Part shown: piece by piece, positions 35,154-44,815 of the stretch | How positions within the stretch are numbered: position 1 is the stretch's first letter | Layout: the number at the start of each line of letters is the position of its first letter | Virus record (IMG/VR): IMGVR_UViG_3300033145_002015 | Coordinates: 1 to 64,000 of that record | DNA from: a virus | Taxonomy: Duplodnaviria; Caudoviricetes | Direction: 5' to 3' (one strand) | DNA length: 64,000 nt | Notes under the pieces: model-generated | Databases searched by the model: none | What the model was told of the DNA's origin: nothing | The model's input: the letters and a program-made list of their open reading frames with translations, nothing else | Made by a program: the position numbers and the translations under genes

Positions 35154-36133
35154 GCTTTCCCCTCAAGCAGCACAGTGACTCCAGATTCGTTTGCCCTCCG
35201 AACGATCTCCTCCAGAATCACAGAGCGTTGCTTTGTATAATACAAATCTCCACTGCGATTTTCAAGATTCTTCTGTAGAATCGTGCGGAAGAAACAGCCG
35301 TTCTGAGTCGGAAATGTCTGAAAAGACTCGAAAATAAACCATTTGAATGCTAGAGCATCGTATGTTGTATTCAATCGCCTCGCTGCCCTATACAAAGCCG
35401 TCTTCCCGATTCGAGTATGCTGGTCATATGCCCAATAGGGCAGAATCCGCTTCCCCCGTACCAGAGCAGTTTCTTTGTTGAAATCAGTCTTCGGAGGAGT
35501 CATATGCGGCATTTCATGATATTCGGTAATGGCCAGTATGGCCGCTGCCAGAAACTTATCTTCTTCATGAGGCATTCCATTCATAAAATATCGATATCTC
35601 GCCGCTCTGACAGTATGCTTCACGAATGGATGTTCAGATGCCTTCTTCTCGGCGGCAGTCGTTAAAAGATCCCATGCTTCCCTGGCTTCTTTTTTCCCTT
35701 CAAAACAAGTAGTATATAGCTTTCGCATCGCCTTGAACTGTTTCTGCTTCAAGGCAGGCCACTTCTTCATCTCCCGCTCTGTCACTCTGGAATCCGGGCG
35801 GTCCCACATCAAGACACCAAGAGCAGCGGCGTCTTGATTCTTGAAAGAAAGCACCAATCGCTTCCCCGCTTTGAATAGAATCTTCCTTGCGGCTTCCTTT
35901 GCATCAGGAGTCGCATGCTTTCGGAGACCAGGAGCGGCCTTAGTGTAGGCATCAATCGTATCCCCCAAAAGAGGCCACACTTCCTCACATGCGTAAACCG
36001 GCATTCTTCGATGCAGAAATGCTGGATCCACGTCCCAAATTACGTCAAAGGCTTCCTCGAAAAGAGGAAGATCAGATCTCCGAATCGCCTTCTGGATGGC
36101 GGATCGGCATCCCCAGTAGTACTCTTCGTCCAT
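35150..36133 (-). CDS. Helical protein resembling the RarA/MgsA post-ATPase region, with no ATPase domain
   Basis: SAIQKAIRRSD, EEV, YDQHTRIGK. Confidence 0.55.
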   Translation of the reverse strand: MDEEYYWGCRSAIQKAIRRSDLPLFEEAFDVIWDVDPAFLHRRMPVYACEEVWPLLGDTIDAYTKAAPGLRKHATPDAKEAARKILFKAGKRLVLSFKNQDAAALGVLMWDRPDSRVTEREMKKWPALKQKQFKAMRKLYTTCFEGKKEAREAWDLLTTAAEKKASEHPFVKHTVRAARYRYFMNGMPHEEDKFLAAAILAITEYHEMPHMTPPKTDFNKETALVRGKRILPYWAYDQHTRIGKTALYRAARRLNTTYDALAFKWFIFESFQTFPTQNGCFFRTILQKNLENRSGDLYYTKQRSVILEEIVRRANESGVTVLLEGKA

Positions 36134-36167
36134 GATTCTCCCCCAAGACTATTTTTATTTTGGAGGT

Positions 36168-36196
36168 ATTCTATACGAAACAAAAGGATGTGTCAA
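36168..36196 (-). promoter_or_regulatory. sigma70 promoter for the modification/packaging operon
   Basis: TTGACA-17-TAGAAT. Confidence 0.8.
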
Positions 36197-37146
36197 GAAG
36201 AAATCAGACTATCGTTGGTCGAAACCCATTTTTCGCACATCGCCGAAACTCGAACCCAGACCAAAAACCAATCTTCTTCCGAGATTGAGGTCCTGCGCAA
36301 ACATGCCTGCTTGAGAAACCTTTCCCATTGCAGTTGCCGATTGGAAGTCACCTTATCCGTATAGAAAATCCGCCATGCCAGTAGAATATCTTCAGGGCTG
36401 ATGGAATTTGTTCCAACCCGCAATCCGTTGGATACCGATCGAGCAATTTGTCGTCCAATCGATGTTGATGGATGTACGATATACCACGGAATAGTATTGG
36501 TGAAAGTGTTTGATTCTGGATTCTCACGATCAGTTTTAGTGATGTTCCAATTTGGAGGTTCGGTGATCAGTAAAATACACATTGCAAGCGCAAGCAGGCG
36601 ATCCTGCGGTTCGCTGCAACGCAGCGCCAATGCGGTAGCATCTTCCAGTAAGGACCGAATTACCGGAGACGCTTTGGGACGAATCTCTTCGGCTATAAAC
36701 ACTCTGATCTTGGATTTCTTCCCGTCAGCGATTTCGGCGGCAGATTTCATAAGACGATATTGTTGTATCAACCTAGAAGTCGCAGATTGCGGAAGCCGGA
36801 AAAACTTCAAAGTCGGATCTGCGAATAATTGCCATAAAACATAACCTGAACGGTTTCCCACTCGCTTAGTCATCTCGAAATAGGCAGTCTTAGCAATCTT
36901 CTTCGCCAATTCTTCATTGCCGTTTTCGAGATGAAGTCTGCAAAGCCGATGCGCAGTGGAAGCCAAATCGAAAGAATGAAAACATTCTGAAGCCGCAATC
37001 AATTGCAGGTCTCTATCCACGAAGTCGTCCCGAAAAAATCTCCACATTCGATCGAACATAGCAAAGTGGGCGGTCGCAAGATTGCGACGCACCCCCATCA
37101 TCAATCCAAACCTAAGCGTCTCCCGCCACACGCCTGATTTGCGCAT
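36193..37146 (-). CDS. Degenerate paralog of 35150..36133
   Basis: LMMGVRRN aligns with IQKAIRRS; PWYIVHPSTSIGR aligns with PYWAYDQHTRIGK; similar length. Confidence 0.5.
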   Translation of the reverse strand: MRKSGVWRETLRFGLMMGVRRNLATAHFAMFDRMWRFFRDDFVDRDLQLIAASECFHSFDLASTAHRLCRLHLENGNEELAKKIAKTAYFEMTKRVGNRSGYVLWQLFADPTLKFFRLPQSATSRLIQQYRLMKSAAEIADGKKSKIRVFIAEEIRPKASPVIRSLLEDATALALRCSEPQDRLLALAMCILLITEPPNWNITKTDRENPESNTFTNTIPWYIVHPSTSIGRQIARSVSNGLRVGTNSISPEDILLAWRIFYTDKVTSNRQLQWERFLKQACLRRTSISEEDWFLVWVRVSAMCEKWVSTNDSLISS

Positions 37147-37502
37147 CAGTCGGCCTTATCGAAGGAATGAAGATGTTCGATGACATCATCAAGCAGCAAT
37201 TCTTGATCTTCAACCCACAGGCCGAATGCCAGCAGCCGATAATTGATCTCATCCCTTAGTGTTTCGACGACATGGTCAATATCAATTGACCGCTCTTGAA
37301 GAATCCGATAAAACGTGACCGTATGCTTGGAAGCATTCCCAAGCAAAGCATCCATCGGATCGACCCGGCGGAGAGCTGCTTGGCTTTTGAAATTCTCGAA
37401 ACGATCTCTGCTGTCGGCATAGAGCTTGGCTCTTTGGTCGAGGGTTTTAAAGCTGATCTTGATCAATTCTTCCGCCAATGTCTTAAACATATCCGCACGC
37501 AT
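37146..37502 (-). CDS. dNTP diphosphohydrolase-like / nucleotide-modification-associated protein
   Basis: QRAKLYA...FENF...SKH...ETLRDEINY. Confidence 0.6.
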   Translation of the reverse strand: MRADMFKTLAEELIKISFKTLDQRAKLYADSRDRFENFKSQAALRRVDPMDALLGNASKHTVTFYRILQERSIDIDHVVETLRDEINYRLLAFGLWVEDQELLLDDVIEHLHSFDKAD

Positions 37503-37506
37503 GTCA

Positions 37507-37776
37507 TTATGCCTCCTTCATACGAGACCAGTGAATATGGATATCGGACTCATTCTGCAGAGTTTCCAACATCCGCTTTTGAATTTTGGTCATTTCCGAA
37601 AGCACCTCAATCAGCATATCCAACCGCTGAAACAATTCTTGTATCGCAGTATCTGGGATAGAGTATTCTTTAGAATACTCGTAAGTGGCAGCTTCCGCTG
37701 ATTTATCCAGTATATCCTGTATATTGGAATTAAACACCATATCCCTCTTCCCCTTGCTCGGAAGTAGTGTCTTCAA
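37507..37776 (-). CDS. Hypothetical protein
   Basis: ORF in gene run. Confidence 0.45.
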   Translation of the reverse strand: MKTLLPSKGKRDMVFNSNIQDILDKSAEAATYEYSKEYSIPDTAIQELFQRLDMLIEVLSEMTKIQKRMLETLQNESDIHIHWSRMKEA

Positions 37777-37989
37777 TATCGCCGCTCAGAATCATCTTGA
37801 TAATATTTTGACGCATCCGCTCAACGCGGGCATCGACAAATTGAACATACACCTTCATGATCAGAATCTGAATCAATGCCCACACTATCATCTGGGGCAA
37901 TGCCTTCCAGAGATCTTGCAAAATATCCATGTTTCCCCTCCCTTTTGGTTCAAGAGAGGGGCGAAACATCGCCCCTCTCCGCTGGAAAA

Positions 37990-38973
37990 TCATTTAATGC
38001 CCAGCATTGCATTGATATCGATTTCTTCTTCTCCATCATCAAAGCCAGGATCAGTTGCCTGCGCTGCCAGAATCTCATCGACGATATCGTCCACGCTGGC
38101 TCCCCTTGCGATCTTGATACCAAGCCCTTCTTTCTGGATGTATTCCCGAAGCTGGGCTTTAGTCATACTCCGCAAAGTGACTTCCAAATCATCTTCTGCA
38201 ACAGGCCCTTCTTTCCCTCCTTCGACCTCCTCAGACTTGGGTTTGGTCTGTCGTTTTTTCTCCTTTTGCTCAACAGTATCTGCGGGCACCAAATCCACCA
38301 TGAAAATGTTCTTGGCATACGCAATCAGGCTATCCAGCGTAGGCGCAGTCGCATCTTCATGCTCCTGGAGATACGTCATGCAGATCATCTCCAGAGCAGT
38401 CACCGTATTCTCAGTGTCGATTTCCTTCTTGGCGGACTCAATGGCGTTGAGAATCACATCCGCTTCGTCGGGAGACATCCGAAGACTCATCCGAACCTCC
38501 CCGATCTTTTGGGTGGTTCCAACAGATTCTCCACGGCGCTCCCTGATAAACTGCACTACAGCAGGAGTTGGATTTTTCTCCGCCACATCCAAAAGCTCGT
38601 CCACGTTCTCTTCGGTCATTTCACGGACGATTTCCTTGGTCTTGGTCCACCCGATTTGAAGCAGCCTCTCTTCCGGCAATTTGAGTTGTTTTGCCTTCCG
38701 CCAGATATCAATTAGATACTGAGCCTTTCTCTCCTTCGTGCCCAGATCCAATTCGGCGTATTCACGGAAGGAATTATAGCCGTAATCAATGTAATACTGC
38801 TTTTCCCGAACCTCATACAGCAATTCGGCCAGCCTCAGGTAATTAGATACGGTTTGGATCTTGATCTTGTTGATCTCTTCCCGTACCTTTTCGGCTCTGG
38901 TTAAAGTCTTTTTCTTTCCAGGAACCAAAGCCTTGCCCGTGTCCTTGTCTTTTGTTTTAGCTTTACGCGCCAT
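37990..38973 (-). CDS. DUF3102-like DNA-associated protein
   Basis: LAELLYEVRE...YGYNSFREY...ERKAQYLI; C-terminal Rho-N-like MTKAQLREYI. Confidence 0.55.
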   Translation of the reverse strand: MARKAKTKDKDTGKALVPGKKKTLTRAEKVREEINKIKIQTVSNYLRLAELLYEVREKQYYIDYGYNSFREYAELDLGTKERKAQYLIDIWRKAKQLKLPEERLLQIGWTKTKEIVREMTEENVDELLDVAEKNPTPAVVQFIRERRGESVGTTQKIGEVRMSLRMSPDEADVILNAIESAKKEIDTENTVTALEMICMTYLQEHEDATAPTLDSLIAYAKNIFMVDLVPADTVEQKEKKRQTKPKSEEVEGGKEGPVAEDDLEVTLRSMTKAQLREYIQKEGLGIKIARGASVDDIVDEILAAQATDPGFDDGEEEIDINAMLGIK

Positions 38974-40564
38974 CGATACTCCCTCCTGTTCCTGTCTTTA
39001 TCTTGTGTTTAACTCGTCTCATCTTAACCTCGCCTCCTTCTGATGCCTTGCTTTTCGCACTCGTGCTGACAGGCTTGGCTCTATCCGCACAAAATTTGCG
39101 AATAGCAGATATCTTTTCTTTGTCGGCTACAGACTGTGGATAAAACTGTTTGATCTCAGCCAGGATGTCTTCGGTGGTCACCTCCCGCCCACCATCCGCA
39201 AAAGCGGTAAACATTGCTTCCTGGATTACGGCCTCGATCTCGGAGCCGACAAAGCCAGCAGATGCCGCAGCCAAAAGTCTGAGATTGAACTTCGATGGAT
39301 CACGATTTCGCTTTCTGAGATGAATTTCAAAAATTTCCTTTCGCCCATTCGTCTGCGGCAAATCGGCTGCAAATACTGCATCAAACCTCCCGGCCCGATA
39401 GACTTCCGGTGGAATTCCTTCAATTCGATTCACGGTCGCTACACAGAATGCAGGACATGTTCGTTCCTGCATCCAAGTCAAAATAGTACTGATCACTCTC
39501 GCAGTAACACCGGAGTCAGCCGATCCAGACGAAGAAAGTCCAGCGAAACCTTTATCCAACTCATCGAACAGCACCACAATCGGGGAAACCGTTTCAATGG
39601 TACGAAGCGCTCTTCGGACCATTTCTTCGGATTCGCCTACATATTTCCGAAAGAGACTTCCAATATCAAATTTGATCAGCGGCATCTCCAGATATGATGC
39701 TATTACTTTGGCCGTCAAAGTCTTTCCAGTGCCTGGCGGTCCGATTACTACGATCCCTTTCGGCACCGGAAGGGGATATTCCCTCGCTTCATCAGAAAAC
39801 GCTCCTGCCCGCTTCCGCACCCATTCGATCAGAAGATCGAAGTCTCCAAGATCGTCAATCGTCTCCGAAACGTCCATGATTTCGAGGATCCCGCTCTTCT
39901 TGATGGCCTGTGTCTTCTCTGCCTGAATCATGCCGATATCGATTGCATCTTTCTCGATTATCGAAAGAGAAATCGCATTTTCAGCTTCGATCTCAGTAAG
40001 ACCCAAAGCGGATTCGGCTGCCTTATCCAGGATAAACCGATAAGCAGACGATTTCCGATCAATCGGCAATTCAGATGACGTTACTATGTTATCGAAAAGG
40101 TCTGCCAAGGATGCCTTATCCGGCAGAGGAAAATCTACATACGTTATGAACGGAGTCAGCTCCGAAGGAAAATCGTATCCAGGACCCACGAAAATTATGT
40201 GGCTTCCCTCCTTTCGACAGCGAAGAATGGCATCCTTGGCAGCCTGCAGCACCAGCGGCTGGACGAGATATTTGATGGCGTTGAAGAATACCGCCACCAC
40301 CCGCCTGGAATCCGTTCCGAGGACATCAAACGCCGATTTTATATCGGCAGCCTGAACAGGACTCCCTATCTCGTTCAACAGACCAGTGGTGCTTTTCCAG
40401 GCCCATACGTAGAAATTGGAAGATTCTTCCACCATCGTCTGGACCTTTTCCACTTCTTTTTTAATCATGGCCATAGCTCTATCGTCCTCCGCTGTATCAA
40501 TGTACAGCGCAGGAAAGCCTGCCATGATATAGGAAGACAGTTCTACCCGCATAGCCTTACTCAA
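38963..40564 (-). CDS. AAA+ ATPase (Ycf46-like)
   Basis: GPPGTGKT, LFDELDK, RAGRFD; degenerate N-terminal AAA domain. Confidence 0.85.
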   Translation of the reverse strand: MSKAMRVELSSYIMAGFPALYIDTAEDDRAMAMIKKEVEKVQTMVEESSNFYVWAWKSTTGLLNEIGSPVQAADIKSAFDVLGTDSRRVVAVFFNAIKYLVQPLVLQAAKDAILRCRKEGSHIIFVGPGYDFPSELTPFITYVDFPLPDKASLADLFDNIVTSSELPIDRKSSAYRFILDKAAESALGLTEIEAENAISLSIIEKDAIDIGMIQAEKTQAIKKSGILEIMDVSETIDDLGDFDLLIEWVRKRAGAFSDEAREYPLPVPKGIVVIGPPGTGKTLTAKVIASYLEMPLIKFDIGSLFRKYVGESEEMVRRALRTIETVSPIVVLFDELDKGFAGLSSSGSADSGVTARVISTILTWMQERTCPAFCVATVNRIEGIPPEVYRAGRFDAVFAADLPQTNGRKEIFEIHLRKRNRDPSKFNLRLLAAASAGFVGSEIEAVIQEAMFTAFADGGREVTTEDILAEIKQFYPQSVADKEKISAIRKFCADRAKPVSTSAKSKASEGGEVKMRRVKHKIKTGTGGSIDGA

Positions 40565-40587
40565 GCTCCTTTCGTTGATTTTGGAAT

Positions 40588-40616
40588 ATAGTACTAAAGG
40601 AGCTTGTAAAAGTCAA
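40588..40616 (-). promoter_or_regulatory. sigma70 promoter
   Basis: TTGACT-17-TACTAT. Confidence 0.75.
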
Positions 40617-40624
40617 GAAGAAAA

Positions 40625-40969
40625 TCAACCCGATTTCCTGCTGCGACGGGTTTTCTTCCCTTTTGAATCAGCTACCAGTCTGAAATTCTTCCTGACATTA
40701 CGATAGTCTTCCCACCTGATGACCGTCTTTTTCGAGGTTCCCAATCCCACCCTGGAAAACGCCAGATCGACCACGTAAAACTTCTTCCCGGTCGAAGTTT
40801 CTTCGATTTGCCGTCCCTTCCACAAGAAGGGTCGGCTGGTGGCCAAATCCTTGATCGCCAATAGTTCTTCCGCACTCTTGCGCTCACGAACTCCTTCCAT
40901 CTTGCGCCTCCTTCCATCCTTGAAAAACAGTATACCAGTCTGGATTGGTTTCCAAAACCTTCTGGACAC
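40625..40969 (-). CDS. Hypothetical protein
   Basis: ORF in gene run; start uncertain. Confidence 0.45.
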   Translation of the reverse strand: MSRRFWKPIQTGILFFKDGRRRKMEGVRERKSAEELLAIKDLATSRPFLWKGRQIEETSTGKKFYVVDLAFSRVGLGTSKKTVIRWEDYRNVRKNFRLVADSKGKKTRRSRKSG

Positions 40970-41504
40970 ACTGTTCTTCGTATAGATATAGATCGTTCTT
41001 GTCCCTTACTACCACTGCCTCTACCAATTTGGCTACAGCGAAAGCATCGCAGACATCATCATTGGGAAAAATAATCTTCCACTTGGCGTGGGCGTAGGCC
41101 AGATGCAAATTCTTTTTCACATTGGAACCGTGACCCACAATAAACTTCTTCAACGTTTTGGGATTCACTTTCAGGGGGAGCCTCCCGGTCAAAGACCAAA
41201 GGGTCTGTTTGATGAGACATCCGACTTCTGCCAGATCAATCAGCCGTCCCACGACTTTTCCCAAAGCATAATCTTCAATGCCCCACCAGCAATTGGTCGG
41301 CGGCTCCCCAACAACCTCACACACCTCTGAAACTTTTTTCATGACTTCCGTAGCAATATATCGTACCCTCACCTCCTTCGACGTAAAATTTTGCGGCCTA
41401 GTCTTGACCACATGCAGTTTCACTACCGAGCCGCAATTAATTGCGGCTATGCCGGTAGCCGTCAATGAAGAATCAATTCCAATTATGAGCGGCTCTGGTC
41501 CCAT
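40884..41504 (-). CDS. RuvC-like Holliday junction resolvase
   Basis: IGIDSSLTATG, GIEDY, LKKFIVGHG..KK, NDDVCDAFA. Confidence 0.8.
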   Translation of the reverse strand: MGPEPLIIGIDSSLTATGIAAINCGSVVKLHVVKTRPQNFTSKEVRVRYIATEVMKKVSEVCEVVGEPPTNCWWGIEDYALGKVVGRLIDLAEVGCLIKQTLWSLTGRLPLKVNPKTLKKFIVGHGSNVKKNLHLAYAHAKWKIIFPNDDVCDAFAVAKLVEAVVVRDKNDLYLYEEQCVQKVLETNPDWYTVFQGWKEAQDGRSS

Positions 41505-42403
41505 TCCAAACACTCCCTTTCCACAGGACACTGATATTTCCCAAAAGCAGCTTTAGGGCACCTTGCCATTTTTGAAGATGGTGTCCTAGATGGTAAGTCT
41601 TTGATTTCATTCAAAATCGGATCATAGCTATCCAAAAGTATCTGTCGCATATTATCAATGTCACCCACTATTTTAGCCCGTCTCCTTACTGAAAAGAACT
41701 TGAACGGAAGTTTGTTTTCCGTCCTTGGAATCTGTTTTGCAGCATATAACACATAACCTATCGAAGTATCCACCGCAAATGGAAAACTGGAATAATCCAC
41801 CAACAGCATATACGCGTGCAGTTGCATTACATCTTGCCATCTTGGACCTTTCAGAGATTCAAATTCGCCGACCGCCATCGTCTTGATCTCGCCCAAACGA
41901 ATTATCTTGGAATCATCATCCACTCTGATTAACAGATCAGGGTGGCCGGACATGCCGGGGATCCGAAGCTCCAATTCATTGTAGATCAAAGCTCCCGCAT
42001 TTGATTTACATCGTGGGCAATACTTGGGCTTACGTTCCAAATACGGGGTTGAATACGTGCAGGCCAGACATTTCCATCTTCCTGCTACACGATTCCCCAA
42101 ATACTGAGGATCGTTCTGTAAAATACGATGGACAGCATTGCCTATCGCAAAAGTCATCTTCGTATGAATCGCCAAAGATTTCTTCAGGCGATCGGATGCC
42201 TGCAAATATGATCCCAAAATGATTTCGCGAAGACATAGCTGACTTACACTGCTGGCATGAATCGTTCCATCATACATTCTACCCACATCGAGCTGCTTAC
42301 TCCGATCTCCAATACAGGGCATCAACGATATAAGCAGTTCTTGATCGGTCATTGAATCAACCCTGCACTGGGCTTCGCGACGCTTTCTTCTAACGAATCG
42401 CAC
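41483..42403 (-). CDS. Cas4-like PD-(D/E)XK exonuclease
   Basis: HASSVSQLCLR, GNAVH, GHPD, EIKT, QLHAYM, C-terminal Cys cluster. Confidence 0.75.
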   Translation of the reverse strand: MRFVRRKRREAQCRVDSMTDQELLISLMPCIGDRSKQLDVGRMYDGTIHASSVSQLCLREIILGSYLQASDRLKKSLAIHTKMTFAIGNAVHRILQNDPQYLGNRVAGRWKCLACTYSTPYLERKPKYCPRCKSNAGALIYNELELRIPGMSGHPDLLIRVDDDSKIIRLGEIKTMAVGEFESLKGPRWQDVMQLHAYMLLVDYSSFPFAVDTSIGYVLYAAKQIPRTENKLPFKFFSVRRRAKIVGDIDNMRQILLDSYDPILNEIKDLPSRTPSSKMARCPKAAFGKYQCPVERECLEWDQSRS

Positions 42404-42956
42404 GGGACTTCCTCCCGAACATCTTGGAAACAGCAGCTTTACCCAAATATGCAGGAGCTAAAATCAAATTTCCATCACCGAGCTGCTGAACTATCTGAGT
42501 AAGTTTAGACACTGCTCCGATTCCCCACCAGCCTTTGGCTTCCAGCAGCTTGCCGAATTGAGGAAACCAGAAATCCGGAATATAAACACTACCATCATCC
42601 ATCCGAATAGCCCTACGCTCGTATTCAAATTCGATATTTTCTACAGTAAACAGCCATGCCAGCGCACGCTCATACTCCGAACGCATGTTTCTCCCGTCTC
42701 TCCTGAACCAAGACGGTCTATCGATAAGCAACCCGGATATATCGTTTGAAGCGGGTTGCTGAATCAATTGCAGCAAACATGGTAGTGAACAGCATAAAAC
42801 ATTCCAAAATGCTGAAATATTGCCGACATGAGATCTCTTTCGTTCTACGACGAAGATATCGCCACATGATGCACACCTAAGCCGAAGATTGGTCCTTTGC
42901 GGTGATCCCTTTGATTTTTGCCGTTTCAATTGTAATCCTCCGTAAGATTTTAGCAT
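42390..42956 (-). CDS. PD-(D/E)XK endonuclease (T7 endonuclease I-like) with N-terminal zinc motif
   Basis: RSEYE...FEYE...YIPDF...LEAKG. Confidence 0.7.
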   Translation of the reverse strand: MLKSYGGLQLKRQKSKGSPQRTNLRLRCASCGDIFVVERKRSHVGNISAFWNVLCCSLPCLLQLIQQPASNDISGLLIDRPSWFRRDGRNMRSEYERALAWLFTVENIEFEYERRAIRMDDGSVYIPDFWFPQFGKLLEAKGWWGIGAVSKLTQIVQQLGDGNLILAPAYLGKAAVSKMFGRKSRAIR

Positions 42957-44025
42957 GTACAGGATTCTCGTCCAAATGAGCCATAATGCTATTCAAAGTC
43001 TTAAATCTTAAAATTTCCTCATTGATCTTTACAACATACTTCGCCGAAGAACCTCCATCCATAATCGTTCCGATCTTTCTGGCCCATAGAACCAGCGTCG
43101 GGATATCCAGAACAGTCCCTTTGGCGTAGTTCTCAAAAGAATCCGCACTTACAATTTCATATTCTCCGCTGGTTCCCAGAACTCTTATCTTGTATTTGTC
43201 AATCTTCACCGAGGATTTGGTTACCAAAGGAAGCCCGGTCATTTTATCTATTTTTTGATCCGCTTCCTTGGGAGCTATCGACCGTGCCCCGACCCTGAGC
43301 GATAAACTATATGCAAACTTGGCCGCCCAGCCAGATGGTTGTTCTTCCGGGCTGCCAAAGACTCTTCCGATTTTAGAACGGATTTGATTGATGAATAAAG
43401 CCGCCACCTTGTGGCCTATTTTCCGCTCGTGGAGCACTCGGGAAGTCACCTTCCTGAACATCTTGGCCACAAGCCTGGCTTGAAGACCTGGTTGTAGATC
43501 ATCGGCCCCGCCTTCCAGTTCTGAAGTCGGTTCCAGCATGGCCAGCGAATCAATGATTACTAGACCGCAATCCTGCGCCCGAACCAGACTTTCAGCCAAA
43601 TCTACTGCAGCTTCCCCGGTATCAGGAAGACAATAGACGTAACTTTCCGGATCACACCCCAGAGCTGCCGCCCAATCACGATCCAGAGCACCTTCGACAT
43701 CCACATATGCTGATTTCATTCTAAGCGGTGCATCGCACTGACATTCTTCCAAATACTTGAAGCAATTCCAGCATATTGAATTGACGCCGATCACCCACTT
43801 CATGGCCAATGTTGATTTCCCTGCCGCAGGAGGTCCCCAAACGCAAGAAGATCTCCATATAGGCAGCCCTCCGCCGGTCACGAAATCAACTGGAAAGATA
43901 TCGGACGGGATTCGATTGACATCACCCAAGACAGCACCGCCGGGGACAATAGTCCCATCGCCGTATTTCTTGTTATAATTAGAAGTCAGTTCCGCCAACG
44001 TCGGACCCCGTTGTTTTCCTGTCAC
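42877..44025 (-). CDS. recA: RecA/UvsX-like recombinase
   Basis: GGLP, GPPAAGKST, YVDVEGALD, VIIDSLA, FINQIR. Confidence 0.92.
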   Translation of the reverse strand: MTGKQRGPTLAELTSNYNKKYGDGTIVPGGAVLGDVNRIPSDIFPVDFVTGGGLPIWRSSCVWGPPAAGKSTLAMKWVIGVNSICWNCFKYLEECQCDAPLRMKSAYVDVEGALDRDWAAALGCDPESYVYCLPDTGEAAVDLAESLVRAQDCGLVIIDSLAMLEPTSELEGGADDLQPGLQARLVAKMFRKVTSRVLHERKIGHKVAALFINQIRSKIGRVFGSPEEQPSGWAAKFAYSLSLRVGARSIAPKEADQKIDKMTGLPLVTKSSVKIDKYKIRVLGTSGEYEIVSADSFENYAKGTVLDIPTLVLWARKIGTIMDGGSSAKYVVKINEEILRFKTLNSIMAHLDENPVHAKILRRITIETAKIKGITAKDQSSA

Positions 44026-44347
44026 CTTCCATCTCCTTTACGACGGCATCCAATTTTTCGTCTACCCATCCCAAAACATCGGCATAGACTGAATCTATTT
44101 CTTCCACATAACACGGCATTTCTAAAGAGACATCAACTCTTCCGAATTCCATATTCCCGAGATTCACAGTCGCTCCCATTCGGACAGAAACTTTGGCCGG
44201 TTCAGTGACAAAACTACGAACCTGAATCACTTCATCAGTTTGTTTCAGCGAGGTCCTGTACGTTGAGATCACCGCTATCGCTGCTGCGGATTTCTGTTTC
44301 TTCTGGGGCTTTGACTTCAGTATTGACTCGTTTGGTTTGCGGGTCAT
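43979..44347 (-). CDS. Hypothetical protein
   Basis: RBS GGAGG; GATVNLGNMEFGRVDV. Confidence 0.6.
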   Translation of the reverse strand: MTRKPNESILKSKPQKKQKSAAAIAVISTYRTSLKQTDEVIQVRSFVTEPAKVSVRMGATVNLGNMEFGRVDVSLEMPCYVEEIDSVYADVLGWVDEKLDAVVKEMEGDRKTTGSDVGGTDF

Positions 44348-44813
44348 AAATAACCTCCTTATTCCAATACTTTTTCAGCAAAAGCCTGGTTGCTGCACGT
44401 TGTTTACGAGTCATCCGCTGATACCCCTTCATTTTGCTCAGCAGCAGAATCTGGGTCGGCGTGAACCACCGCCAGCGCCTCGACGTAGTGTCCCGCACCG
44501 GCTCAGGAATAATCCCTTCCTTGATCCAGTGTCGAACAGTCAGAATAGAAACTTCCGCAATTTTGGCCGCATACGATATCGAATAATAGGTCATCCCATC
44601 TTTGATGACAATGTTGTGAGCCACATCAGTAGGCTCCCCGAATTCATACACCTTCTTACCTTCCCGAATTTTTCGTCTTCGATAGCTCTCTCTGGAAAGC
44701 TGCTTCAGACGTTCGCGATAGTCGGGATCAGTTCGATACCTCTCGCGTTTTTTCTTGGCTATCCGGTGTTTATGCACTTCGTAATAGTCTCTGTGATAAG
44801 ATGCATCTACCAT
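44235..44813 (-). CDS. MerR-type HTH DNA-binding protein
   Basis: YSISYAAKIAEVSILTVRHWIKEGIIP...RWFT; start reassigned (RBS GAGGAGG). Confidence 0.7.
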   Translation of the reverse strand: MVDASYHRDYYEVHKHRIAKKKRERYRTDPDYRERLKQLSRESYRRRKIREGKKVYEFGEPTDVAHNIVIKDGMTYYSISYAAKIAEVSILTVRHWIKEGIIPEPVRDTTSRRWRWFTPTQILLLSKMKGYQRMTRKQRAATRLLLKKYWNKEVIYDPQTKRVNTEVKAPEETEIRSSDSGDLNVQDLAETN

Positions 44814-44815
44814 GG

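Noticed and set aside
37685-38715. Long plus-strand ORFs (324 and 279 aa)
   Set aside because: Antisense shadows of 37990..38973; the same applies to most plus-strand ORFs in the track (e.g. 435..1040, 45323..46165, 50711..51385).
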